Positions 1 to 12,965 of a stretch of DNA of 64,000 nt are shown in pieces; within the stretch, counting starts at the first letter, position 1, and the number at the start of each line of letters is the position of its first letter. Source of the DNA: Antedon mediterranea (Eukaryota > Animalia > Echinodermata); contig NC_092670.1 in the NCBI RefSeq assembly GCF_964355755.1, forward strand, positions 25,654,795 to 25,718,794, in the 5' to 3' direction. The translations under genes and the position numbers were made by a program. The notes beneath the pieces are model-generated. The model had not been told where the DNA came from. It worked only from the letters and a program-made list of their open reading frames with translations, and searched no databases.

Positions 1-189
1 TTGCAGATTGCTATGAGACCTACAAAAAATACGTACAGGCCAAGTCTATTGAGATATCACAAACTTACTACAAACAACTGTATCATAATGAATCTGTTTT
101 TAATTTTAAAAACTGATTGTTATAGCAATCATAATGGATGACATTTTAAAATTCCACATTGAGCACCTTTCCCCATGACTACAGAAATA

Positions 190-1105
190 ACCTGGGTGCA
201 GTACAAATTTTGTGGGAAAAAATTTGTGTTTGGTTTTTCTGATAGAGTATACCATATAGAAATCCTCATCCCAGGGTCTTGGTCAAAATTGTTTACAGCA
301 CTTTTAAATTTTGTCCTATTATTACACACACAAATACTGTACCTATAACACACACAAATACATATATTAGGGGATAGGGAAGACTGTCAAGTTTTTGTCA
401 CTTAGAGTTGTGTTATAATGATTAAAATTAGCAAAGGCTTACTTTAATAACACTTCTCATAGTAGTTGATGAATCGAGTCAATAACAATGCCATCATCAT
501 GCCAGAATATAATATGGCGTACAATTTTGAGGGAAAAACCCACATTGTACAATTCTGCAAAAATTAGGAGAACTGAACAAATTAAAACCTTGCAAGATCT
601 ACAAGACACTTCAGTGATCAGCGATTCTTCTCAGTCAGTGTTCAAAAATCTTTCCTAGACGCGCAATATACATAATGGCATATAATAGGGCCAACTATCA
701 GATAGTGGTACTCATCTATTCCTCACATCATATGTTTGGTTGCTTTAACGAAGAGCAGTTGACCAAAGAAACGAGAGACAACTTGGTCTTGTACTACGAC
801 AATGTAGAGTAAATGCTGGTTAAATCAATATAGGATTCGATCAATCTCTGGTATTGTGGAAGAAAAGTGATTTCTCTTATATATATACTGATCCTTTCCA
901 TAAGCTTAACAAGTGACAAAAACCGTGAATTGGTTATATAGGTATTTGTGTGTGTTATAGGCTAAAATTTAAAAGTGCCATACAAGATTTTGCCCAAAAC
1001 CCTGGGATGAGGATTTTTTCTGACATTCTATATGGTACAATCTATCAGAAAAACCAAACAAAGTGTTTCCTTTATTTTTTCCCACAAATGTTCTGCACCC
1101 AGGCT
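190..1105. mobile_element. Non-autonomous DNA transposon/MITE with ~170-bp imperfect terminal inverted repeats, in a MARF1 intron
   Basis: 190-362 (acctgggtgcag...ctataacacacacaaatac) is the reverse complement of 941-1105 (gtatttgtgtgtgttatag...ctgcacccagg). Confidence 0.7.
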
Positions 1106-1126
1106 AAAAATATTAACTTTCTATAG

Positions 1127-3343
1127 GTAGCTGATCTTGTTGTGAATTCTGGCCAAATTAATACGAGAGAAACCGAAAGAAGCATTGTGTTGGTGAATCG
1201 AAAACATTTAAGCCAGTTAGCTCAATGGATTCTAGTGTTACTGATAGACCAGCCAGGAGGTCGTCTAGAGGTCAAATATGTGCCTGATGTCTTCCAGCAG
1301 CGATATCACATGAAGCTTAGACATGTTGAATATGGCTATAGTCAACTTGTTTTATTGCTATCAGATATACCGCATGTTATTAAAGTAAGGGGTAACTTGT
1401 AACTAATTTTAATTTTAAAAACAGAGTGACTGTGTCATCTGTAATTCTATTGATAATCTTAATTTTACCTCACAGATTTATAATAAATGGCTTCCAGAAA
1501 GTTACATAGAATTAACCCAAGGCTACCAGTTTGCCCGTAAGGCCCGGCTTATTCTATTGAAAAACCAGAACTGTATAGCCCTGCAAGACTTTGCTACGCT
1601 ATACGAAATGTATTTCAAGGAACCCTTCATTCCACATGTTTATGAGAAGGAGACAGTGTTAGCCTTGGTGTCTGCCGTACCTAGAGTGTTAACCCTAATT
1701 GGCAGGGGTCAGCGCAGAGCAGTAGTGCTTAATGCTGATTTGAAAGGTAAACAATAGATAACTTATTTGCCTGACATAGCAGACTAAATATTGTGTTTTG
1801 TTGTATTAGATTATAGTTTGGATAGAAACAAAAAAATATTTGCAGAAATGTATTATTATTTTTAATTTGTTTTTACTTCTTTCACTCATATTTATACCAC
1901 TAAAAGGTTACATCCTTATCAATGTGTATTAAATTTTGTATTATAGTTGTGCGTTCTATAACACCAAGCAGTTCAGAAGACCCAGGAGTGTCAAGCAGCC
2001 CAAATCCAGGTATGAATGCATATAATTATGATAATTGTTACCTTATCCTTTACATGTTTACAACAGAAGTATTCACATTGTTTGGTATTTTTTATACTTT
2101 TTTATATAATTCCTGGCCAACAAAACCTGTTGTAGAATCATACAATATATTTGGTTTTATCAAATTCATTTTCCAGGCCTTGATTAGTTGAAAGTTGACC
2201 ATTGGTCAGTATCTGTTATTTCTGACTAGGTTAGTACACCTAGATCAAGCACAGATTTTCCAAGTCATAATTAGAGGATAAAGTTATGTATTTCAGCATA
2301 AGTTATACTCTGCCAAATAATTGATTATTATGATGCTCTCTGTATCTCACATAATATGCATGTGCCCATTAAGAACAGAAAAAATGTCACATGCAAATGG
2401 AGAGTTTACATATTTTAATGTAGATTCTGATGTGAGTGTGCCAACTCCAAGCACTAGTTTTGGTCAGGAGTCTGGTTTTGCATCATCATCCGGTACTGGA
2501 TCCTATCCAGCTGGTAACGCCAGTGATGATCAGATTCATAACACTTCTGTAAAGATTGCGCCAGAGACATCAGACAAATCTTCAGCACATTCTGGTGAGA
2601 GTTTAGATGCAATCACCAGATTGGAAAATCAACCATCTGGACAGAGATGTCAAACTCTTGAGCAGACTTCAAGTTATGGCAGATTGTCTCACTTAACCTC
2701 ATCAATAGAGAGAGCCTCAAGACATGACTTGGTGTCTAGTTCCAACAATAATGTTGACCTTATTGACCTTTCATCTCCATCAGCTAAAAGAGGTATGTAA
2801 AGAGTGTTTATTATAATATTCAGTTGTGCTGATTCAGCATCTTTTTCCTGATTAAATAAACATCCATAATTGGGATTATAATTAATAAAATTGTTTAATG
2901 ACAGTGCATACATGTATTTACACTAATGTTACATTTCTTAAATTGGTTCAAGTTGTTTGATTGATTTCTAAAGTTTTTCTTACCTTCATTTCTCTTAAGC
3001 TCTGTCTACATTATGTAAAAATGCAATTTGCCCATATATACCCATGATGATGTCCATATTTGTGCACATCACAATATTTTTGTCAAATTAGTTTGATACA
3101 GTAGTGTAGACAGAGCTTCAGCCTCTCTAGTTGCCTTTTTTCAAACTTGCATCTTTAAGCAGTGTATTGGACTATCATGGTAATATTTATTTTATAAATG
3201 CTGTTTTTTGTGTTCATATTTCAGTTTTATCAAGCAATAATAATGAAAACTTGATTACAAAGACACGTTCATTACCGTCAAGTCCTTGCAGACTAAGGAC
3301 AAAATGCAAGATTGCAGCCAACTTCTCTCTAGCATACATGTAG
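1127..3343 (+). CDS. MARF1: Meiosis regulator and mRNA stability factor 1 (Limkain-b1), 3' portion; exons 1127-1384, 1476-1746, 1947-2009, 2424-2792, 3225-3343
   Basis: All introns are GT-AG with consistent phase. Two LOTUS/OST-HTH-like repeats (YHMKLRHVEYGYSQLVLLLSDIPHVI; YEMYFKEPFIPHVYEKETVLALVSAVP), a Ser-rich linker, and C-terminus KCKIAANFSLAYM* resembling the MARF1 C-terminal K-(L/I)-AANFS motif. Confidence 0.88.
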
Positions 3344-3719
3344 CCGACAAATCTACCAACTATCTGCTGCAGTAGTTTACAGAAGAATATGAGTTTTTAT
3401 TATTCATACAGAAATATTTTTGTTGATTCTTGTTTGTTCAGAAGCCATTTTTCTAAGGTAAACAATTAAATTAACCTATTGACTAAAAGAAATATATTGA
3501 AATATATTTTTGTCATTGATTAAAACTAATGTTAAAATATAATTACTATAAAGAAATATAGTAAAGCTCGGCCCTATTATAAAAATTCCAATAATAAATA
3601 ATGCTGTGGTTATTATAACCAGTACTACACTAAAGAGAGTGTTATATTTCATTAAAACTCAACTCCAAGAGTGTGTTATATAGTTAATTCATTTCATTAT
3701 AATTCAACTCCATATAAAC

Positions 3720-4200
3720 GTTTTACTATAGTACAACTCTATAATGACTTGTGCTGCTTTAATTGATTATTGTACAACTCAATAAAAGATAGTGTTCTAA
3801 TTCATGTCAGTGTAGTACATACCTCTAAAGTAGTGTGTTTGTACTCTTGTTCATTTCACAATAGTACAATTCAATGCCACTCTATTTTATCATTCTCTTA
3901 ATACAAGAGTGTGCGATGTTTTGTCGGAACTCTACAAAAGAGATTTTCCTTGTTTTACTATAGTAACTCTATAATGACTTGTGCTGCTTTAATTGATTTT
4001 TGTACAACTCAATAAAAGAGAGTGCCCTAATTCATTTCAGTGTAGTACTATATACCTCAGGCTTTCTTTGTACTCTTGTTTATTTCACAATAGTACAACT
4101 AAATGCAACCCTACAATGCAATATTTTACAGTTTTTATCATTCTCTTAATACAAGCTGTGTGTGCTATGTTTTTTTAGAACTCTACAAAAGAGTTATTTT
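3720..4200. repeat. Degenerate ~230-bp tandem duplication downstream of the MARF1 stop
   Basis: gttttactatagt..actctataatgacttgtgctgctttaattgatt occurs at ~3720 and ~3952; similarity continues to aactctacaaaagag at ~3928 and ~4179. Confidence 0.75.
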
Positions 4201-5899
4201 ACTAGAGTACAACTCTATAAAACTTGGTGCGTAGGTAGTTTCAAAATCATACAACATACTGGAGTGTTCAGAAGTTCATTTCACTATTAGTAAAACCCCT
4301 TATTATAAATAGTTGTAAAGTTCATTTTTCTGTAATAGAACTCTATATGAGTTCATTTCAATATAGTATAACTTTATTTACCCACTATAATTCACATTTG
4401 TACAAATATTGTGTTTACAATACTTATATAGTAGTACTGTATTGTTTACTATAAGTGATATTGGTTAACCAATATATTTATATGGTTGTATCTATTTGTT
4501 TATGTACATATTGTGCATCACTTATCTCAAGTAATAAACAGCACTAAATGTTTACAGAAAACAAATTTCAGGATAAAATAACGTGTGTGTCTGCGTCATT
4601 TAGTGTATGATTCTCCATGAGATACATGAAAGGAATCATGTTGATATATTTTGTTAAATAATTTAAAAAACATTCCAATTTGTATTTAAAAAGAAAAGAA
4701 AATGAAAGAAATATTGTTAACGTTAGCCATTCATTTTCCTTCTTAAAAATTTATATTTATATAATACTTATTATGATTTCTTAAGGATGAAATATATGCA
4801 TGAAGGAAGCGTGGTTGTCCTACCTACCTTTATAACTAACATTACAGATTATGAACAATGAATGAGCAAACATACTTTTTTTATTTATACCCTCTTAGAT
4901 TATTAAAATAAATAAAATATTCAATCATAAGGAGATGTTAAGAGGTTATAATTAGTATGAATATTCATAAGGAAAAGAGGTTATACAGTAAATGAATTTT
5001 CATGAAAATATATAACAAATGAATATAGTATGAATATTCATAAGGAGAAGAGGTTATAACGAATAAAGTATGTACATTATTCTTTGCATGTTATGCAAAA
5101 AAAGAATATATGATATAAATACTTCATGAATATTAATTTACAAATAATATTTTAATATTTAAAACTCTTGAAAATGCACTAGTGTTGTTTAGGGTCATGA
5201 CCTATACATGTGCAGATATGTAAACAAAATATTCAACAAATAGTTTGAGCAAATTGAAAGGAGTATTTTCTATGTTCATTGTTAAATTTGATTATCAATA
5301 AAAGAAAAGTTTTTATATTTTCATTAATTTATTATAGAAACAAAAATATTAAACAAAAAAATATGTATGTGTAGTAGCATACAATATTTATTTTTCAGTG
5401 TAATTTATATTTTTCGAGATGTCTTTGTGTAAAGTGATATCATTTATTATTGTGGATTTTATTTTCTATTTAAAATAAAAAGGACTTTTATTTACAAATG
5501 AAATAAGTATTTTTGTTAACACTTTTAAAATAATCTGAATCGCATCGTACGTGAATTAGTTATCGTGGTTTGTATAATGCAAAGACGTGTTCGGTTTACT
5601 TTACAAGACGTTGGTTTGATAAAAATCAAAGGCGAACCGGAGCTTCTCTTGTCCTACTATGTACAGTATTGCACAACAACATTAACACAGTTATATTTCT
5701 TAATTTTCTCCAATACTATAGCATTCCTTAATAAGTAACGGTTCTTCCTTTATAATGGCCAAGGCAACAGTCGTATTACCAGGAAAGAAATATATTGCGT
5801 ATTATACTTTATAGACGTATGATTCCGAATTATATGATCTACTAGAATCACACCGCTTCAAATTAAAAACCTATTAACTCCTATACATTATTTCTTCTT

Positions 5900-8100
5900 G
5901 AATGTGTATTTACAAATATACATGGATAGCTAGATTGGCGCCAAATTGTGGTGTGCTGCCTTGTATGCAAGAATTAAACGCTATTAAAATAATATTTGTC
6001 AATATTTTATCTAGAGAAATAGAAAAGTATCACAGACATTATGTGAGAATGCCTGTAGGTTCACGCCAGCAACGATAAATACGTCTGGATCGTCAAATTG
6101 ACATTGCCGAATTGTTCATTGAACTGGAACTTAACTGGCACTGGAAATATCATAAAATCTAAGCCTCGGTGTAAAGTTCCTATAGACGGTAAGGGCGGTA
6201 TTGGTAAATCTACTATTTTAAGACAACTGGGCTACTGATCAATCTAGTAATGCATTTAAAGGTAAGATCGTATTTCCGTTAAATAGATTTAGAAGAGGGT
6301 GTCTTAGATCATATTGGAAAACAACTACATATGGAAGATTTCAATTTAGACACAGACTTTCCAAAAGATCCAAAACAGTCAGTTAAGGTAAATGATAAGA
6401 AAATGTTTTGGTTTTGGATGGATTAGATGAAGGAAAATGTAATACTGTAATAAAAACTTAATTGGTCTTCTTCAAAAGGAATACATTTGAAAACAGTACT
6501 AGTAGATCACGTTAGAAAACATTAATGAATTTTAAAAAGAGTGTACCTTACATATAATATGAGAGTTAACAGGTTTAATGAAGAGAATTTGTGGAAAATA
6601 TATTGAAAAATACTTTTCTAGTTCTTTAATTGGAAATTGATCAGTATGTTTGGCAAGCAACCACCAAGAAGCATATTCAATGTGCAAAAATCCAATATTG
6701 CTTCTCTCCGTCTGTAATATATATGTGGGAAGAAAAGCAAACTCTTCCACATGATAAAACCAACAAACAAGAAACATATCGAAAGATTTCTGAATTTGAA
6801 GACCCTCCATTGGAGCATGTAAATGCTATGATTTTGTTAGGAAAGTGTATGTAAAGTAAATCAACTTTCAATTTAAAAAAAAAAGAGATCTGAAAGCTAA
6901 ACTAAATATGGTAGAAATGGCCCTAAAACTCGGATTTGTTTAGAATCTAACTCCGGCCGCATAAGTTGATAGTTGAGTCATTGGTAGGATTTTATCTGAG
7001 TGGCAGTGAAGCTACGGAGCGTGAATGCCCAGAAGATACAAAATTATTACTTGCATCCTTGGATGAGAATGAATGGGAGGTTAAAAGAGATGGCAAGAGA
7101 TTTTTGATTTGGTTTTCTTGGTTAAATGTGTTAAATTTTTAAAACATATACAGTATTACATATAATCTATCGGCATAATGCTCTCAAATGTATTGTTTAA
7201 ATTATGTCAAAAAACAACAATGATGTCATTGTGGAAAACACAATGATTGATTACATGGTAGGCAATTAGAATTTAGAAATAGAAAAATATATGGTAGATA
7301 TATCAAGCTCTATAAGAATGTTTCTTCTCCATATAAATCCAGATGAACATTTAACTGACAATGAACATTTCATACAACCTTAGTAGAAAACTTCATTGCT
7401 TAAGATACACTGTATATGATTTATATAGATGTTGTGATGTAATGATAGCTAAAAACGGACAACTTATTGCGCATATTTTAGGAATAAGTACTAAATTAAG
7501 TATTATTCTTAATTTGTCAAGTATTGTTATGAATGAAATGATCAGAGAGTGTTCAAATGTAGAGGGTAAAATGGGAATAAGGGTGATTAATCAGTAATAA
7601 GCATCTTAGCCACATTGATGGTACTTTACTAGGTGCTTTATTGAATATGTCTCCGAGTTTGAGTGAACTTGATTTGCATAATTGTAGATTAACAGGTGGC
7701 GTAATCACATGATCATAGAGGTTTGCAATAAAGGAAATAAATTGGCTTTAGGGATGCTAAATATCAGTGATATCAATTTCAGCAACATTGATGGTACATT
7801 AGCCTACTTGGTTAATTATTATTTCCCCAGAAGCATTTTTTTTATACGTAATTGTATATGGTGACGCTAAGAATCATATGGTTTAATTAGCACGCCTAAT
7901 AGACCAGTTGTTTTAGTATTATCCGCCGTGGAAACAATCTTGGCAACACTGATGATACTTCACTTTAGTTCTTGATTGAATATATCTTCTAAGCAGATTG
8001 ATGAACTTTGCATATCTTTAATTGGAATTTTTTTAGGTTTTGCATTGAATATGATCAGAAATCTGGCTATTAGGAAAGTTTGTATTAGTATTAAATAGAA
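5900..8100 (+). pseudogene. Degraded NACHT-LRR (NLR-like) gene
   Basis: Walker A IDGKGGIGKSTILRQL (~6182-6229), Walker B LVLDGLDE (~6408-6431), NACHT-like TGFNEENL/KYIEKYF (~6570-6620), LRR remnants such as LSELDLHNCRLTG (~7659-7697). Multiple frameshifts and stops; ends approximate. Confidence 0.82.
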
Positions 8101-8245
8101 ATGCACTGGTATTGTTCAAGAAACATTGCTAGTTTATTTATTCTCATAATTTGACAATTTTAAAATACATTTATTTTCTAAATTATCAAACAGTGATATG
8201 AAAAAAGAGAATTGAAATATTTATATATTCGTATTTTGTGGAACA

Positions 8246-8430
8246 TTATTTACCTCCGCCAAGGAGGTATATGAATCGGTCGTGTGTTTGTTTGTTAGCA
8301 GGATTACTCAAAAACTAATTACAAGATCTTTCCCAAAATTAAAATACAGATAGATAGGACCACTCCATTAAACTTTGGAGGCAATCCGGACCACAGTCCC
8401 AATTCTGGACCACTTTTAAAAATTATTTTC
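8246..8430 (+). mobile_element. Remnant of a non-autonomous Helitron/Helentron-like element
   Basis: Starts ttatttacctccgccaaggagg followed by a gtttgtttgttagcaggattac tract, a layout I recognise from animal rolling-circle-type repeats; family not verified. Confidence 0.45.
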
Positions 8431-9369
8431 AGACTTGCTAGTGTTAAAATATAGGACAGAAATTTCAAAAGCCGGTGAGCAGTCTTAAAGTAACAAGTAA
8501 ACTAAAATTGTATTTTCTTGAGAACTACTTGTCCAACAAACTTCATTTTTGTACAAGTAGTTTTATGACATTAGATTTAATGTACAAGTTTGTTTCTTTT
8601 CAAATTCACTCGTTTGTTTTTCGCGTTTCCGTTTTATTGTTATTCGGCTGAAGCTATTGTTAGTTGAAACTCGCACATGCTTGTAGTGAAATTAGTTAGC
8701 CACACACAGCATTAAGACACACATTTTCCAGTGACTAAATCTTACAGTAGGAGTGGCTTTCTAGTTATGTTTATGTTTTTTATCAAAATGTAAATGACTG
8801 CAAACATTATTGACTATTTACTGTATTTACAAAATATAAAAAAAAAATCATATATCTTATTTATTCATGTTTACATGTTTTGATATCTAATGCAATAAAT
8901 GTGACTGCATTCATGGTACAATGTTCATAGGGTGAAAAAGAGTTGATGGTAAGAACATGACTCAGTCAAGTATAATTGTGTATATTATGTATTTCCTATT
9001 CAATTGTAATTAAGTGATCAATTAATCTTGAAAATTAGTTACAAATTTGTATTTAAAAATGTGATAAAAACACAACTGTGTAAACTTATATTTATAGTTA
9101 GTTATAATTATATAGTAACATTTTTTAAGAAAAAGAAAAACTGATTTTGATATTTTTACACTTTAATAATTACAATTAGCCAAACTGCATTGCCACTCAT
9201 TATTAGTAATGATGTGTAGGCCTAGGATGTATATCCTATCTGTAAGGCAATCACATCTACTGCTAGGTAACACTGCTTTCCAAAGTCTCTGAATTTAGTG
9301 AATTCATTTAAAACCATGAATATGTAAACTGTTTTTCAATTAGTCCATATATAGATGATTTCCATTGTG

Positions 9370-10400
9370 TCAGAGAGATGTCGGAGGCCCAGTTTCTCCT
9401 TCAACATATCTAATAGGAACTAAAAAGACAAATATAATACAAATATTAGGGTTGTCACAAGGAGCATTATCTTGTGTATGGGGGAGAATAGTGAGCAAAA
9501 ACTGTGATGTCACAAGGAGCATTATCTTGTGTATGGGGGAGAATAGTGAGCAAAAACTGTGATGTCACAAGGAGCATTATCTTGTGTATGGTTTGGGGGA
9601 GAATAGTGAGCAAAAACTGTGATGTCACAATACCTTCTATTAATAAAAATAATAATCTGATTATGTAACCAATTAAATATTTAACTTTTATAGAGTTGAC
9701 ACTAACCCGGATATCGTGTTGGCATATCCGCAACATCTATTGCGTTTTGGTGTTTCCATGGTGAGATAACCCACAGTGGCAAACCTGGAATGAAAAATAA
9801 ATACAAACGTTTCAAATAAGATTTGATTGTTTTCTATTTAGATTTCTGTTTTCGCAATATATGTAGGCCTAGGCTAGTGAATACCTGCAACGCCGAATCC
9901 CACGGCTGCTACAAGAACTGGTTCACGGTCCCAAGATAGTTTCAACCAAGGAATCACACCTAAATAAAAAGAAATATGCAAAACCAAAAAATGATTAAAA
10001 TAATAATTCATAATTAGGCCTAGGCCTATATAATAATAATTTATTTTAAACGTATTAGTTTAGTTACTAACTAGCTAGTACATAGGCCTACATAGGTGTT
10101 GGCTAATTAGGCCAGCCGAAATGTCCTTACTAAGACTAGAGAGCTATGCCTACTAGCCTAGGCTAGGTTTAGCCGTAGGACTGCCCGAACGGCTGCGCTC
10201 TCCAGCCTCTGGCCCTAGGCTAGCCTCTAACTAGCTAGCTAGACCTCCCTCCCTACCCGGCCTAGCTAGCTAGCCTAGTAGGCTAGGCCTAGAATTATTT
10301 ATAGTAGTAGCCTAGTCTAGAACACTATTAAAGGTGAATAAATATCATTATAACCTTTTCTCCAAGCTTGCTTAAAAGGTCCAACCACCCGTGTTGTCAT
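9370..10400 (-). CDS. NDUFA3: NADH:ubiquinone oxidoreductase subunit A3 (B9), 82 aa; exons 10400-10355, 9959-9885, 9784-9707, 9419-9370
   Basis: GT-AG splicing gives MTTRVVGPFKQAWRKGVIPWLKLSWDREPVLVAAVGFGVAGLPLWVISPWKHQNAIDVADMPTRYPVPIRYVEGETGPPTSL*. It matches NDUFA3 hallmarks (LKxxWxxEPVLV, TM helix, SP-aromatic, YPVP(V/I)R) and the four-exon layout. Confidence 0.9.
9454..9630. repeat. 55-bp minisatellite, ~3 copies, in NDUFA3 intron 3
   Basis: gtcacaaggagcattatcttgtgtatgggggagaatagtgagcaaaaactgtgat starts at 9454, 9509 and 9564. Confidence 0.95.
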
Positions 10401-10974
10401 ATTTTTATTAGAGATTTTTTTTAAGTAATATTTATTTCAAGACGATTTAATTATTGACCTAGCCCTATGATAATTGACCCGTGACGACTTCAACGTGTTA
10501 GCTTCCTAGACTCCCATACTGTTTTTGTTTATGTGTAAATACTTTACTTGAGAAACAAACAGAAAATTGTATGAAAAATTAGTTCAATGAACAAAAACAA
10601 TAATATAAGTTGTAAAGATATAAAATATATCACACAATAGCAGGTAGCTATAGGCATAATTATACTAGGCCTATATTATGTAAAATATTTTAACAGCTGG
10701 TGCATGAAGACTATGTCTGCCACGTCGGTGGAGGCGATGTGTCACACAACAATATTTTGTCGTAGCGCACACATTTTGGATTTGGATGTAATAAATAAAT
10801 AATAATATTGCTTATTTTATATTCAGGCGGACTTCGTACAGGGTTAAATGTATTTTTGCTTTGTTAAGTACGTATGTTTATTAATACTGCGCTGCTATTA
10901 TTCCCATATTTGCAGATCCCTAGCTAGCTAGCTTATGTTTATGTAGCCTAGTAGGCCTAGGCCTACTAGCTAGG

Positions 10975-11890
10975 CCTGTCAGTGTCACGATAAATATGGT
11001 CCGGGGCCAAAATCGGTTTTGGCTCTAAAATTGTGGCCAAAAGCAGTCCGCCACTGCCAAAATCGGTCCGGGCTTTTCTTCTGTCGATTTTAATTGAATT
11101 ACTAGGCCTATGATGCTGTTTTAAGTTGTTTATGGCTAGAAAAATATCCCATGATATATATTAGTATGTTATCTTGTCGGATAAATACTATAAGTATAAA
11201 TAAATGTATTTTATCTAAAAACATGACTTAGGTGTTCACTCTTATTTCGGCCTGCCACACACTCACATGAACGGGTATGAGACGCTGATATTGCCAGCTA
11301 GATTTTATTTATGATTGAGGCCTTTTTCATTCCTCAGCCTAATCAATAATTGGATAATTGTTTTATAATAATTGTATTGAATTGATATATTGATTGATTA
11401 ACCATAAATAATTAATAAATTAAATTGTTTTTAACATCAAGGGGAAACGAAGATGTTAAAAAAGAACAAAATGGATTAAAAACAGGCAGAGATACATATT
11501 GTATACAAAAAGCCTAACAATTAGTACTAATTATTGATGAGTTACTACTAATAATGATAATAAAAAAACAGGCTTAATTTATAATATTAAAATAACAAAT
11601 AAAACCCCGTAGTTTTCAATATAATGACTAATCATGGCCTTTTTTTAATGATATATACATTATGACTCATTTTGCGCACCATATATTTGTAAGACCGGAC
11701 CATATTTGGCGGCCAAAAACAGTCTTACTGCCCGGACCGATTTTATCCAGGCCGGACCAGTTTTGGCGGCCAAAATTGGTCCGGCCGGACAGGTTTTGGC
11801 AGCCATAAATGGTCCCCCGGACTGATTTTGGCAGCCAAAACTGGTCCGCCGGACCGATTTTGGCCTGGACTGATTTTGGTGTGACAGGCC
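10975..11890. mobile_element. MITE with subterminal ~30-bp repeats between NDUFA3 and SLC38A10
   Basis: Left end ...gtcacgataaatatggtccggggccaaaatcggt is inverted relative to right end accgattttggcctggactgattttggtgtgacaggcc; repeated ccggacc..ttttggc units at 11695-11870. Confidence 0.7.
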
Positions 11891-12805
11891 CCTGCCCTAG
11901 GCTAGACCCTATTATATGCATTATTACTAAAAACAAGAGAGACTCTGCGCTGTGTAGGAGCCTAGCTAGGTAGAAGTGGCTCCTGCTGCTGTTTCGTGTG
12001 GTAGACTTGCTGGATTCCCGACTTGCTATGCCTACTTATAGAGACTAGCTACTGTATATAGGCCTAGTGTGTTTACAACTCCCTGCCCTGGTGTAACTAT
12101 GAACTAGGTAGGCTAACTAGGCCTATCCCAAAATATTAGGCAGTGTCTGTATATTAATAAAATGGCTGTCTGTGAGTGTGTGCTTTGATCTGACACTACT
12201 GTGCCTTTTGATATTTATAGGTATAAAACAGACAATAAATACTATATATGAAGCAAACTTAAATAGAAAATGTTAAATATTAAAAATTTGCCTATTGTAT
12301 TGAGCACAATTATTTTTAAAAGGTATACAATAAAGAATAACTATTTAAAAAAATACTTACATTTATCATAATGATATAATAATATTAATAATATTAATAT
12401 TAAATAAAAACAATAAATTCTTCTGTTTTTTTTTTAAAATAAAGAACTAGTCACTAGGCCTAGTTAGATATAGTAAGTAGGCTAGCTTGATCACTTTGAC
12501 CATTGTGATTCACTTTGTTTTAATCTTAAATAGTAATACTGTAATCATTACAATACATCATTTAGGCCTATTTGTTTGTTACATTTCAGCCCCGTGGAAA
12601 ATGCAAGATAAAATTGTTATGTTTATTATTATTTTATTATTATTACTTTCAATTTTAACTAATGTATGTAGGCTATTTTTTGTTACATTTTGTTTTGCAG
12701 CTATATGGAAGATTCAAGAAATTTTGTATTAATATCAGCAATTGTTCTTTAGATTGTCAATAGCTGTACATCAATGAGCTGACAACCAATAAAAGGGAAT
12801 TGACC

Positions 12806-12902
12806 GTGGTGAGGACCATTCTTGACTGACAGTGGAGAGGACCAGTCTTGACTCACAGAGGAGAGGACCAGTCTTAACTGACAGTGGAGAGGACCAGTCT
12901 TG
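12806..12902. repeat. 26-bp tandem repeat (~4 copies) in the probable SLC38A10 5' UTR
   Basis: gtggagaggaccagtcttgactgaca repeated. Confidence 0.85.
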
Positions 12903-12965
12903 TAGTTTTAGACGGAAACTGTGACAGTGACTCCTATCACTAAAGTAACCGACGAAGACCCCACC

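Noticed and set aside
11667-11936. 89-aa ORF with repeated G-x-x-F-G motifs
   Set aside because: Translation of MITE subterminal repeats.
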